Positions 1-11,728 of a DNA stretch of 20,000 nt are shown one piece after another. The notes below the pieces were generated by a model. It was given only the letters and a program-made list of their open reading frames with translations. It did not search any database and was not told the DNA's origin. The stretch's first letter is position 1. Each line of letters starts with the position of its first letter. Both the position numbers and the translations under genes were made by a program. Source of the stretch: Albugo candida (Eukaryota); contig JBDOQK010000034.1 of assembly GCA_040437565.1 (NCBI GenBank), forward strand, positions 356,998 through 376,997. Direction: 5' to 3'.

Positions 1-300
1 GCACTTAGCGCTACCACCATAGGCTTCGTAAAACTCGACTTCGCCAAATATTGGTTTCGTCACTCTTGCTTCCACCGACTTTGGTTTTACCAGTTTGGTT
101 CAATCAACATTGGAGTAACCTGAAAGGAGTACAATACTGTACTCCTTTTGTCATAAGCGTCTGGGTGGGTGTCACAATAAACCCAGCACTCTATTAAGTG
201 CTGGGGTTAGGGCTCCGAACTTACGCGCATAACAGTAGGTTGTTGCACCTATAGTGTTAGTTTTTTAACAAGTGTAATGAAATTTGACAAACCAGGGAAA
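1..300 (-). mobile_element. Probable Ty3/Gypsy LTR 3' end (U5) plus leader of an element running off the left edge
   Basis: On the - strand an LTR-like end ...TTATTGTGACA (TGTCACA at 170-176 on +) is followed by CCCACCCAGACGCTTATGAC. Two perfect hairpins (123-148, 182-205) bracket the junction. The resemblance to oomycete Gypsy leaders is from recall, not a search. Confidence 0.4.
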
Positions 301-2093
301 CATCTTGGAATTATGAAAACAGCTCCTTTAGCCTTTTAATTGATTCTGGATTTGAGCCTACCTTTTCTGTATCCCCAAGCTTTTCTTCCAATACTTTTTG
401 AATGATTTCCGTTTGGCTGGTTAGCTTCCCCATTTCTGGTGTATATAAAGATGTTTTATTTTCATCGTTGATACTATCCATGTCTTCATACCGCTTTTCT
501 TCACAGCGGTGCAGAAACTTACACACAGGCGATTTGGGCGGTGTGGCATCCTGCGGATTCCATATCGCTTTTTCTACCTCGCTCCATCCAGGATGGCTAT
601 AACTGATTACCCCATTTTCTCCATCAACTCCCTTTCCAGAATCGGGGATAATGACTTATCCTCTTCATTTACCAATGCTTCTAGGTTTCTCCAGATAAGT
701 GGTCCACCACTAGTTTTGAACTCGACGCAGTTCAGTAGTACATCTCTTTTCACCCACAACGGAGTACTACCCACAGTACCTATCCTCAGGGGCCGTTTCA
801 GCTCCTTCACGCGTAGAGACGTTTTTGACGACAGAATGTTTACCAAACCCACTGATATGATACGGCAATCCGAGTGATATTTTCTATTCCATTCGCCGTA
901 GCAATGACCCCCCCCCCGCTGTCTCCACATTCCGACACTTTCTTCACTCGTATTTATCCTTCACATTGTTTTCCCGGGAAATCTCCGCTGATTCAACATC
1001 AACTCCGCTTCACCCGGTGCACATGATGGACAATTTCGAACAGAGTGTTTCGTACTATCACACTTCAGACACTTGAATCTTTGTGACCTGCTTGTACCAA
1101 AATCCATAACTCTCTCGCTATTCTCTTTTGGAAAATTTCTTCGTTGGATTGTCTTATTTTGGTTTGCCTCTTTGAAATCCTCTCTTGGTGGGTACTTCTT
1201 CGTATCGCTTTCGTCTCTCACTCCATGAAAATTTTTAATAGATCCTGACACCATTTGCGCAACACCACATGATTTCTTTTTTTACTTTCATGCAGGTCCA
1301 TCTCCAATTTTTCGACAACTTTGCGTTTGAACGCTGGTGGTTCCAATGAATCAACCATCCACTTGACGATTCTTTCGAATCCACCTGCTCCACGTACTCC
1401 TGTACACCGTGCTGATCCAGTATTCTGTAAATCTAATTCCGCTAGCGAGATATTCTAAGGTCATACCTAGCCTTATCCTGCGCATTTCTGTGTCTATTTT
1501 CGTTAAATCCACGCAATCGGGCTGTTCTCTTTCCCGGAAGGAGTTGATCCAATCTTGCTCGGTGATTTCTTCGGGATCCTTTTCCATCTCGAATCTCATA
1601 ATCTGATCCTTTTGCCAAACGTCCACGCAGGCTGATACCGGCATTATAAACGGCTTGTTGATGCAGGTTTCATAGGCGAGCAGCGTGTTGTAATATTTTT
1701 GATCGTCCTTTACGAATTTGCGCTTTTCCTTGGACGTTTCCCTTTGTAAATCGGATGTCGTGGAAGTTGGGGCGCGTTTGCTATCCGACGATCTCCGGAA
1801 ACGTCCGCCATTTCGATGTCCTCTGTCATCCTACGAACACGTTCTTCAGTCAACTCTCCAAAGAGCGTTCCAGACGGGTCGCGTCTTCGCAACCCTCGCC
1901 TTGTTCGTGGTCTTCCGCCTCTGGTACGATTCGTCTGAGCTCCTCGTATACGTCTTCGTTTGTATTCATAATCTTCACCAATAACAAACGTTTTTATTTC
2001 AAAACTTATTCTACAGAAATCACTGCTTAGACCGCCAACAGCTTCGGGGTTGTTCGACTCCGATAAGTGCAAAATCAAAAGTGTATTATTCAA
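300..2093 (-). pseudogene. Decayed Ty3/Gypsy gag-protease (gag, CCHC zinc knuckle, aspartic protease region, pre-RT linker)
   Basis: Consecutive frameshifted - strand ORFs: gag-like PVSACVD...PEEITEQDWINSF (1351-1644); zinc knuckle CLKCDSTKHSVRNC (CX2CX4HX4C, in 961-1254); protease-region SDCRIISVGLV and TSGGPLIWRNLEALVNEED (607-930); linker ending RLKELFS*FQDVF near 300, just before where RT would begin. Confidence 0.8.
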
Positions 2094-2147
2094 GATCCTC
2101 TCCGGTACCGGTTTTTATGAAAAGATATGAGAGATACGCGTGACCTA

Positions 2148-2165
2148 AGCTTGGGATCGATACCA
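2148..2165 (-). promoter_or_regulatory. Candidate primer-binding site of the Gypsy remnant
   Basis: TGGTATCGATCCCAAGC on the - strand, ~70 bp upstream of the gag ORF. TGG-start/TGGTATC is typical of tRNA-Met-type PBS. No adjacent LTR is recognisable because the ~680-bp repeat starts at 2174. Confidence 0.3.
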
Positions 2166-2173
2166 GCCCATCA

Positions 2174-3181
2174 GTCATTTTGGATTGGTCATAGAACTTT
2201 GTATACAATTTTGCAAGACGAAGCTACCTCATCCATGGCGTGCTATGAATTGTTCAAAACACGTTAAATTATATATCCTAGCTTCGATTGAACCGCTTCA
2301 CATGTCTCACATGCTTATTCATTCTCATATACTTCTCTCTTACAAGTCTGCTATCTCTGGAAAAGATGCCTTGAAAAGCAGTGCGAGAGAAAGCCGAAAA
2401 TAGCGCTTCGATCTCCGAAATAAAGAGACTTTCCTAGAAAAGGGATTGTTCTCTTGCAAGCAATTATATCTTGGCTCCTAAAATGATCATATTCTGTGGA
2501 CAGAAGTGCAAATATTTATTTTTTGNNNNNNNNNNNNNNNNNNNNNNNNNNNNNNNNNNNNNNNNNNNNNNNNNNNNNNNNNNNNNNNNNNNNNNNNNNN
2601 NNNNNNNNNNNNNNNNNNNNNNNNNTTCACATGTCTCACATGCTTATTCATTCTCATATACTTCTCTCTTACAAGTCTGCTATCTCTGGAAAAGATGCCT
2701 TGAAAAGCAGTGCGAGAGAAAGCCGAAAATAGCGCTTCGATCTCCGAAATAAAGAGACTTTCCTAGAAAAGGGATTGTTCTCTTGCAAGCAATTATATCT
2801 TGGCTCCTAAAATGATCATATTCTGTGGACAGAAGTGCAAATATTTATTTTTTGGCAAGACCGATCGAATCTTGTCTTGTTGGGGCCATGGCAAAGGTCG
2901 GATTATATCACGCTTATTTGTGAGAAGGCTACAGATGCTAGCAACTCCCTTTCATAGCACACGAGTAAAGCACTACGATTCGTGGAAATCAAGAATATTG
3001 TAGGCTCGATCTGATACAATCTGTGAACATGAAAGCGTTCGTAAATCCTGTATGAACATTACATACACCCGGGCAATTCAACACTAGTATCAAAATTTTG
3101 TAAGTGTTCCCATTGCCCTAAAAATATACTCATCTGCCATATTCAGTGAATAGTATCGATAGCGTAAAACTAAAGGTTAAT
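2174..3181 (+). repeat. Unclassified ~680-bp repeat, copy 1 (includes N-gap and a 229-bp assembly overlap)
   Basis: Begins GTCATTTTGGATTGGTCATAGAACTTTGTAT and is colinear with 3182-3787. Removing the 329-bp offset (gap plus overlap) gives a period of 679 bp. Confidence 0.85.
2526..2625. other. 100-N scaffold gap with duplicated flanks
   Basis: 2297-2525 reappears identically at 2626-2854, consistent with an unmerged contig overlap. Confidence 0.9.
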
Positions 3182-3787
3182 GTCATTTTGGATTAGTCAT
3201 AGAACTTTGTATATGATTTTTTGATACGAAGCTACCTCATCCACCGCGTTGTATGAATTGTTTACGACACGTTCAAATATATAACGTAGCTTCGATTGAA
3301 CAGGCTCATATGTCTCACGTACTTGTTCATTCTTTCGTAGTTCTCTCTTAATCGTCTCCCATCTCTGGAAAAAACGCCTCGCAAAGCAGTACGATAAAAG
3401 GTCAACGATTGTGTTTCGGTGTGAGGAACAAAAGGACTTTCCTAAAAACGGGATTGTTCTCTTGAAAGCAATTATGTCGTGACTCCTACAAATGATGGTA
3501 TTTGCCGGACACAAGTGCCAATTTCTATTTTTTAAAGAGTCAACAGTTTCGCTTGTTTTGTTGGTGCCTCTGAATAGGTCGCATTATATACCACTTTTTT
3601 GCGAGAAGGCCACAGTTGCTAGCAACTCCGTTTCATAGAACACGAGTAAAGCACTACCGATTCGTTTACATCAAGACAATCATAGGCTCGATCTGGTACA
3701 ATCTGTGAACATGAGAGCTTTCGTAAATTCCGCATGGAGACTAACTAAACCCGGGACATTACACACTAGTATCAAACTTGTTGTAAG
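3182..3787 (+). repeat. Unclassified ~680-bp repeat, copy 2 (diverged, ends at the Copia LTR)
   Basis: Starts GTCATTTTGGATTAGTCATAGAACTTTGTAT and shares blocks with copy 1, e.g. GGGATTGTTCTCTTG, CACGAGTAAAGCACTAC, TAGGCTCGATCTG, ACACTAGTATCAAA. Confidence 0.85.
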
Positions 3788-4019
3788 ATCATGTGCATTG
3801 CGTGCACAGTTACCACCACCGTGAAGAGACAGTGGCTTTAACGACCGTGAAGGTTTGCAAAAAGGAACAGAGCGATAGCGAGGAGTCGCGTCAGAAAACC
3901 GGATTTACTGCGAAGGGTCGCGGTGGGGACATGCAGTAACTCCTTCTAACTACATTTAATACATTTATCCTCCATTCTACTATGTTGTTAACTCTGGCAG
4001 CCCTTACTGTTTGCCAACA
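3779..4019 (+). repeat. 5' LTR of Ty1/Copia element (~241 bp)
   Basis: TGTTG (3779-3783) ... CAACA (4015-4019) terminal inverted motif, immediately followed by a PBS-like GATAATGAGCCCA and then gag. The left boundary is uncertain by a few bp. Confidence 0.7.
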
Positions 4020-4033
4020 GATAATGAGCCCAA
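4020..4033 (+). promoter_or_regulatory. Copia primer-binding site (degenerate GGTTATGGGCCCAG type)
   Basis: GATAATGAGCCCAA directly after the LTR end CAACA; it resembles the GGTTATGGGCCCA PBS of copia-type elements. Confidence 0.6.
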
Positions 4034-4128
4034 TTCGAAGATTTGGTAAAGAGAGACTTGATGATAGCACGACAACACCTAGTCCACCCAAGTAGGACGG
4101 TTCACGGAAGGGACCAAGAAAGGGGATC

Positions 4129-7100
4129 ATGATTGAAGGACGAGGCATATGATAGATAGAGCATGCCGAATAAAAGAGTGAAGATATAGCGTCGCCAGTG
4201 GACCAAGTGGCAGCTCTTGCGAGAATGCTCAAGATCCTGGAGAAGATCAACAGCCGTGTCGGTCAAATCGAGCCTCGGCAGAGCAGTAAGCAAGTCTCAC
4301 CATAGGATTTAAGCAGTGGGGTTTGAATTCCTCGAAGCGATCGAGATGGCCGAGATTCAGAGTCAGTTTGCGTGGGGAGAACACCTTACAGGGAACAAGC
4401 TAGGAGAATACATGGCGCCAAACAGTGTGACTGCAGCGTACTATAAGCCAGCGTGAGGACATGACGGGCGGTCAGCTGACGTTGTACCATGCAAGCGACC
4501 AGCTATATCAGCCCTTCAAGGTGACAATTACGCATCAACAGGCCACTGCATTGTTTGTGAGTGAAAAAGAAAAGTCACTTTCTTGGAACCAGCAGCTCTT
4601 ATACCTGATCGCATTGTGTCAAGAGAGAAAGTAACACGAACGGCTCGTCGTGGAAAATATTGCCAAGTACGCAGTGCCGCACCTCAAAATTACGATGATT
4701 GTGCGATACCAACCGAGTCGCACGGACTACCTGACACACGCAAAAGAACTCATCGCATGGGCGCAAGAGATTGTGGACGATGGAAAAGGGGTTAAGAAAA
4801 TGGTAAAAGGCATAGTCAGTGCAAAGGGACATGACAAGGTTCAAGGTCACTCCCAAGGTGAAGACCGAAAGTGTTTCAACTGCCGCAAGCGAAGAAATTT
4901 GGCGAGAAGATGCCACCGACCAAAAAAAGACGATGGCCGCGGTGAAGGTAATTCTGTATCGCCTGCATGTAAGAACCCGGAGCACCTGCGAACGAAGGAG
5001 TCAACACCTCGCTACTTACTTGACTTTGCTGAAGGGGATTTGAATATGTGGGTGGTTGACAGTTAGCCAAGCAGACATCTCGTCCTAGACTTTGAATTAT
5101 TTCACGATGCCATGGAATGTGATGAAAATGATGAAATTATATTGCCTGACGGAGGTGTACTCAAGGTGACCAAACGAGGATATGTGGTACTACAGTGTAT
5201 TGGGAATGGTGTAAAGACCCGGATTACGCTTACCTAAGTATACTACGCGCCAAGTTGGCTAGGAACCTCATATCCATGGGCGAGTTTTTTGAAAAAGGGT
5301 GTTCACTGACTACGAAGGCGATGTGATGTGCATACAGTTAGGCAAAAATCCTCTTCTCGATTTCAGAACTGAGTATGGCGTATTTTATGGCAGATTTTGA
5401 CACCTGGTACGTCATAATGACGCCAAAACGACTTAATGAGATTGTAATGACGGCAGTTCAAGATACGGGACCGCTACAGATGTACAGAAGGAATCGCTGA
5501 ACCATTTTTATCTTCGCCTCGGACTCAAAGCTTACGATATCGTGGAGCGTATGGCCAATATCCGGATTACGGTATTGAACTTACTGGTCACGTGCGTGCA
5601 AACTGTCCCAAGTGCACTGAACCGAAGGGCACCAGAGCTAAGCAGCCAAAAAAAGACTCGGGTGCGAATACCTCAGCGGAACGCTTGGGGGGGGGGTGAT
5701 CTTAATTGATCTTAAGGACCGATCACCCATAAAGATCGTCGTGGAACAGATATTTAGTCGTGTTCATCGACTACAAGTCAAACTATGTGCGCGTATTTGC
5801 GGCACGGCAGAAAAATGCTGCGGCCAAGAAGGCGTGGTTTGAAAACGAATTTAATTGCCGCATCCACGTCCTGCGTACTGACGACGGAGGAGTGTATGAA
5901 CTAGTCTGGCTCTTCTGTGAACAGACAGGTGTGCGACGTCAAGTAACAGAAACAGGTACACCACCTCTAACGAGAAAGCTGAACGCATGAATTGCACCGT
6001 CTTTGACATGGTGCGATTCATGATTTTTGGTTCAGGTCTACCGCTCACGTACTGGAGCGAAGCTGCAAAGTACGCTGCTTACATACTCAACAGGAGTCCA
6101 AGTCGAGCAAATTTGAAGCGTGCGTCGCCGACTGAAATACTCACCGCGCGAGCGCCGAGTTTACAGGGTATTTTTTTGTTCGGGTCCCCGTGTATGGTTT
6201 GGCGGGATCCCAAGAAGAAGACACTTGTGCACCATGCAGAATAAGCACGGATCCTGGGTATAAGCGAAGAAAAAAAGGATACAAGGTGTTGCTGCTCAAG
6301 GATAAAGTCGTAACAGCAACTAGACACATCACCAACATCGAGACACTCGATGGTACGGCGAATGAACAAATTTAACAAGCGTTTGTTGATGAAAAAGGAC
6401 AAGAGCCTAAACATGTAAACAAGACAGTGATGCGCAGCTGAAGGAGTCGCTGCCGTTAGGTCAAGGAGATCACAGCGCAAACGTTGGAAGTCAAGAAGAC
6501 AAGCCGCGTCAGACGAGCATGGTAAAGGAAGGAGCATGGAGATGCGAGAAAAGGTAAGCTCATTCAACAGTTTATATCAAGGAGAAGGCACCAATGTGGG
6601 AGAATTGAAAACGAGTGACGAAGAGTTGAAAGTGTCGGATCCAGTTCTTAAGGCGCTCGCAGTGCTGCCTGTGGAACAAGCACATGACAGAAAACTCGCG
6701 ATACCAGACCCAAAACATTATGGGGTAGCGCGTCGTAGACCTGACGGTGCCAGGTGGGCGATTGCTGAGCAAGAGAAACTTGCGTCAGTCGAGACAAACC
6801 AAACGTGGACGGTGATCAAACGTCCAAAGAACGGGAAGCCCATCCAAACCAAGTGGGTTTATAAAACCAAGATGAGGGCACGTGGGACTGTGGAAATATA
6901 CATGGTGATTCGCGACGACAAGCAAAGTTTTCGTGTGAATCACAATCTCACGTTCTCTACGGTGATGCCGATTGAAATTGTATTCGTCATTTTTACGTTT
7001 TCACAGATGCGGGGGGGGGAGGGGNNNNNNNNNNNNNNNNNNNNNNNNNNNNNNNNNNNNNNNNNNNNNNNNNNNNNNNNNNNNNNNNNNNNNNNNNNNN

Positions 7101-7753
7101 NNNNNNNNNNNNNNNNNNNNNNNNGGGGGTTCGGATATGCATGATGACGTCCAAATGGCGTACCCGAAAGCTTTCACGGAGCCAGAGTACAAAATCCACT
7201 TGAGAATTCCCGATGGAATGACAATGACCCAAGAAACCCTGGACCAACTTGTCGTAACAGAACCTGATGAACTGGTGTTGAATCTAGGACGGAATCTTGA
7301 TTGAATAAGACAGGTAGGAAGACTTTCGCATCAATTATTGTGCGACACGCTGCTTGATTTCGTACAATGCATTAATGACCCGTGCGTTCTTACAGGACCG
7401 ACGAGGATACTATGACTATCGTTGGGGTCTACGCTGATGACCTGCTAATTACAGACACGACAGTAAACCGTATCGATCAATTATTTACTGACATGAAGGT
7501 GCTTGAGCTCAAGGATCTCGGTATTGTCAAGAAGTTTCTCAGAATGAGAATTGCGTGGACAAAAGAAGGAGGCTATTGTACCGACCAGAAGCAGACACGT
7601 GAAGAAGGGCTCTAGAAACATTATCTGGATGAATCAAACGCGGTACGATTACCGATATCTTAATTGCAAGTAATCGAAGAAGACAACGAGCTGCTTAAAG
7701 AAGAGGCTTTTAAATTGCATCGAGTACCGACTATCAAGGCTTTCAAGTCTATA
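4129..7753 (+). pseudogene. Copia gag-pol polyprotein pseudogene
   Basis: gag VENIAKYAVP...RTDYLTHAKELIAWAQ; degenerate knuckle CFNCRKRRNLARRC; protease WVVDS*PSRHLV (~5048); integrase FIDYKSNYVRVF, IHVLRTDDGGVY, LPLTYWSEAAKYAAYILNRSP; RT NQTWTVIKRPKNGKPIQTKWVYKTK, HDDVQMAYPKA, VGVYADDLLIT, ELKDLG, PTIKAFKSI. Many stops and frameshifts. Confidence 0.93.
7025..7124. other. 100-N gap at a poly-G run inside Copia RT
   Basis: G-runs on both sides; the RT motifs on either side (TFSQMRG... / ...HDDVQMAY) look nearly contiguous, so little sequence appears to be missing. Confidence 0.8.
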
Positions 7754-10700
7754 CAGTGCAAGACACTTATGATCAAACCATAAATTGCATGGACAAGAAG
7801 TCCTACTAACCCAGAAAAAAAACATAGAGAAAAATTCTCTTCATATACTGAAAGCACAATGACTTGGCTTTCTTACAATGGAGCCCGATTTTTTGTAGTA
7901 GTGGGAGGTTGAAGTTTGGCGAATTTTGCTGATTTTGCATGGAGAGATGGAAATTTGGCCGCATTTGATTATAAGAAGCTGCTATCCGGTCACCCCCCTT
8001 TCCTCGCATATATTTCTATATTTTGTTAAACACCCCTCCTATAATCAAATATTAGTCAATACCATGTGATGTTTTGGTTTGTTTATGTGTTGAGTTCGAC
8101 GTTTCAGTTTTGGTAAAAGGAGATGCGTTGACAAGAATATCAATCGACGTATAATTTAAATAATAAAATGCTATGACTGCTGAATCTACCTTTGATTTAC
8201 TGATTGGTTTGAAAAGGTGTGTAATGAATGGGAAAGGTTATCAATAAATTAAGAGCGACGGATAAAATTCTCCAAAGCCTGTATACTCCTAATTCCCACC
8301 TGCTCATAACTATCTACTCAATTTCATTTCAAGGCTCCCAGCTGGGTCAACATTTCCGCGCGGAATTCTTGGGCAAGCGGGACATCGTCAACGTAATCGC
8401 TATCAATTTCAATAGCCTGAAAAAAAAACGCGGTAAGAAGGAATTGTAAACGAATCATTGTGGCTCACCTAAACGGGGGGATAAGTCTGAAAAAACGGCA
8501 GATGTCAGTTAGGATCAGTTAGAAAGTATCAAAGGTATCTTGAGACAAACCCGCATGCTTGAATGCTGTTGACTTACATTGCGTTGCTTCAGATTTTTCT
8601 GATAACGGCAGATTACTCCGCAAGCAATGGGCAGGTGGACCTGTAGTGTCCTTCATCCTTGCAATGCATCTCGTGATAGACTTATCTTGATCGCAGCCGG
8701 CCAAAATATTAGTAGCAAGTGGAACTACAGTCAACTTTTGTGTTCGCTGTATTTCGGACCAAGTACTTATGGAACTCGGGTGTCGATCGCTGACATTGAT
8801 TATTTCCTCCATATCTGTCAAAGCGAAGGCCGCATTTTCGCTTCTTGCGGCATTTTTCCTTTACTTACTCAAAAAGCGAAGGATCACGCCTTGTTGGCGA
8901 ACGTTTTTTCGAGCCCAATGGCCGCCTACGTGTTCGCGCTACTACCGGATTGTTCATGACAAATGCGTGCGAAGAATCTAATGCTGCAAGTGTGATTCGA
9001 GGCATGTCCTGCTCGTATTCGTTGATCTCCTTGGACCGCGTTGCAAGCGACTCCACAATATGGTGTAAATTTCGCTTTTTCTGTGCATCTGGAGGCGTTG
9101 ATGGCTGGTGGAGCCACCAATGCAAATGGAAGTCTGAAAACACCAGAGACCTATTGTTTGCCATAGAATGTTGGCACGGGATTCTCATTGTTCCCACAAA
9201 GATATTACTACAATCCTCTATTCCATTGGGATCTATTGCCAGCTGGTATTACTTATTAGCCTGGCAAAAAAAGACATTCATTATCTGACTTAAGAGGACG
9301 TGTTAAGCCCACTGCATGCCTTGTTCGCATTCCTTGCCCATTGCATGTGATGAAATTTTAGAATGCGACGCTGCCCAGAATTTGGCTTCAAGTTCTAACC
9401 GAAGCTGCATCGGTTCAAGACCGATCTGTTGGCTGATTTCGCGTTGTTTGGCATCTCCAGAGAGGACAATCTTGCTGTACACTTCATCCAAGTCAAAGTT
9501 TGAAACAGCAATCCACTTTTTCAGAAATGCATGTCTCCCCTCTACACGCGACGTGACAGCGTGGCCAAAATGAAGGACATCTAAGGTCCAGGAGGTAGCA
9601 AATTGTTCCTGTACTTGTCAAGCCAAGTGCTCTTCAAGTATTTTGCCAATTGCAGCGGCAAGCTTGGCAGAAGGAATGCCCGTTGTTTTTGATAATATGC
9701 TTCTGTAGGTGCGTTGCAGAGAGTCATCCAATGGATCCATAACTTGTCGTACTCCTCTGTCTTGATAAAGTGCCGCTTCGCCTTTTCTTGCACATTCTTT
9801 CTTATAGAAGAACAGCAGATCAGCACAGTAGCACTTGGGAATGCCATTTTTATACCTGCAATTAGCGCCAGTTCACGATCCACAACCGCAGTTATTTTGC
9901 CGGAACTGAGCAGACTCCCAAAGCAGTCCCGAAATTGACGCAGAGCCCATACGTAGTCTCTTTCGCTTACTTAGGAAAAGAAGGCGTAAGACAGCGATAC
10001 TGTCTATCTTGTTGGCTTTTACCCAACAAAAAGCAGCAACCGCAGCTTACATCTATAATATCGGCCGTTGTTTATGCCTAACGCTGGTATTAACGCAAGC
10101 TATATCTGTTTGTCTTGTACGTTGAGTCTGTTATAGAGACCTATGTGCACAAAATGACAATGGAACTAAAAATTTGGTAAAGCACGCATAATTGTTGTAA
10201 CATTGAAGATTGTGCTACGCACTGCATTTGCCGTGGATCCCGCTGCAAGAGATACAGCCGTTTTCGGAGCAAAGAAGAAACAAATCAGCTCTCCACTATC
10301 GCACTGGAGGAGCTTGTGGTAGATCTTTACCTTCTCAAAACGGTCGAAAGAGCCTCGGCTGGTCGTCGGCCGTTCAGTACTGAGGTACCTACCTAGAAAA
10401 GGCTGTTTAGAAACTTTGTCAAAGTAAATATTATGAGGCAGCTTGTGATCGCCATACCCTTTGCTTGGTATTGTACACATCTTTTCCAACCTGTAAGCAA
10501 CACTGGTCGTTTCGAAGAAGAGTCGCAAGAATTACGCGAGGTGTCGCCCCATCCTATGTCATTTTGTCCCTTGCACTTCTTGTTCGGGTTCTATGACTCG
10601 AATTATTGCATATGGGGCAGGTTCTTCGACGTGATTGTGCCCGCTATGCCCGACAGGGAGGACTTCAAAATTCCAGACATAGAGGCATTCATCGGCGCTT

Positions 10701-10859
10701 ATTGTTCTCTGGATGACAGCTTGCCACTTGCATTTTTCTATTGTTGACGTCCGACGAAGGCCCCTCCCTTCAACTTTGTGTACTCGTGCATCTGCACATT
10801 CCAACAAGACCTTCCGTATTTCCGTGTTTGCCTTGTTTGTCTTTGCTATGCTGAATGGG

Positions 10860-10959
10860 NNNNNNNNNNNNNNNNNNNNNNNNNNNNNNNNNNNNNNNNN
10901 NNNNNNNNNNNNNNNNNNNNNNNNNNNNNNNNNNNNNNNNNNNNNNNNNNNNNNNNNNN
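10860..10959. other. 100-N scaffold gap with duplicated flanks
   Basis: 10613-10859 reappears identically at 10960-11206 (247 bp), consistent with an unmerged overlap. Confidence 0.9.
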
Positions 10960-11187
10960 TGGGGCAGGTTCTTCGACGTGATTGTGCCCGCTATGCCCGA
11001 CAGGGAGGACTTCAAAATTCCAGACATAGAGGCATTCATCGGCGCTTATTGTTCTCTGGATGACAGCTTGCCACTTGCATTTTTCTATTGTTGACGTCCG
11101 ACGAAGGCCCCTCCCTTCAACTTTGTGTACTCGTGCATCTGCACATTCCAACAAGACCTTCCGTATTTCCGTGTTTGCCTTGTTTGT

Positions 11188-11234
11188 CTTTGCTATGCTG
11201 AATGGGCACTGCGAACCCATTCAGCATAGCAAAG
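11188..11234. repeat. Perfect 19-bp inverted repeat (hairpin, 9-nt loop)
   Basis: CTTTGCTATGCTGAATGGG (11188-11206), loop CACTGCGAA, CCCATTCAGCATAGCAAAG (11216-11234). Confidence 0.95.
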
Positions 11235-11728
11235 GATTGTTTTTGGTGCAAGAAAATGTATCTACTGTTATTAACTGTTATGATATGCAACTCCTATGTA
11301 TCCTTTACGCGTACAAACTACAACATATCGTACTCTTTCAAACAGCACGGTCATTCAATGACGTCATAGTAACGGACAGTCGCCCCTGGCTGAACTATTT
11401 TAGTGCCGCGTGGACCCAAAATCGACCATATTCCAACAAGAAGACGTTTCGGTGGAGAAGAGGCCGTGGCCATTTAGCACATATGTGTAGTATAGGGTAA
11501 GGGGTGCCCCGTTTAGGATGCCACGCAATCATATGTAATCTATTTAAACACCTAAATTGGGGGGGCGGGTTGTTATAAAATATATAAATATATGCGAGGA
11601 GAGGAGGGGATGTCCGGTTAGCAAATGCGGCGGGAGGGGGGGGGGGTCGGGATAGCAGCTGCCAAATTATATCCTATCAATAAATATCTATACTGGACCC
11701 AATGAGAGAGCGCAACATTACGGGTCTG

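Larger units (their letters stand above)
3779..7753 (+). mobile_element. Ty1/Copia LTR retrotransposon, decayed and 3'-truncated inside RT (no RNase H or 3' LTR)
   Basis: Order LTR-PBS-gag-PR-IN-RT is diagnostic of Copia. The element stops at the TA (7752-7753) preceding the Tc1-type TIR. Confidence 0.93.
8865..11260 (-). pseudogene. MULE/FAR1-like transposase pseudogene (copy A)
   Basis: FAR1/WRKY-like N-terminal domain FAMLNGFAVPIQHS...KVLLEC...EKCKWQAVI...WNFEVL...GHNH; MULE core DSTYKTNRY (~10105-10130) and VVDRELALIAGIKMAFPSATVLIC; YLKSTWLDKY; SWIM-like CMGTMRIPCQH...FHLHWWL; C-terminal RTRRRPLGSKKRSPTRRDPSLFE. Confidence 0.9.
7974..11663 (-). mobile_element. Mutator-like element (MULE) copy A, transposase-bearing but decayed, nested in the Tc1-type element
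   Basis: Termini AGAAGCTGCTATCCGGTCACCCCCC (7974-) and GGGGTCGGGATAGCAGCTGCC (-11663); degenerate 8-bp TSD TGATTATA (7966-7973) / AAATTATA (11664-11671), 6/8 match; internal MULE transposase. Confidence 0.85.

Noticed and set aside
2140..2172. tRNA gene or tRNA-derived SINE (GGGATCGATACC T-loop-like motif)
   Set aside because: No cloverleaf or A-box could be built; a PBS remnant is the simpler reading.
2297..2854. Exact 229-bp direct repeat around the N-gap
   Set aside because: The identical copies end and start precisely at a 100-N gap, so this is most likely an unmerged contig overlap rather than a biological duplication.
8760..8821. OTU-like protease after the MULE A transposase (EEIINVSDRH)
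   Set aside because: The catalytic DGxC motif and downstream OTU features are absent, so there is too little signal to call.
10613..11206. Exact 247-bp duplication of the FAR1-domain region
   Set aside because: Same gap-flank overlap pattern; not evidence for a tandem domain duplication.
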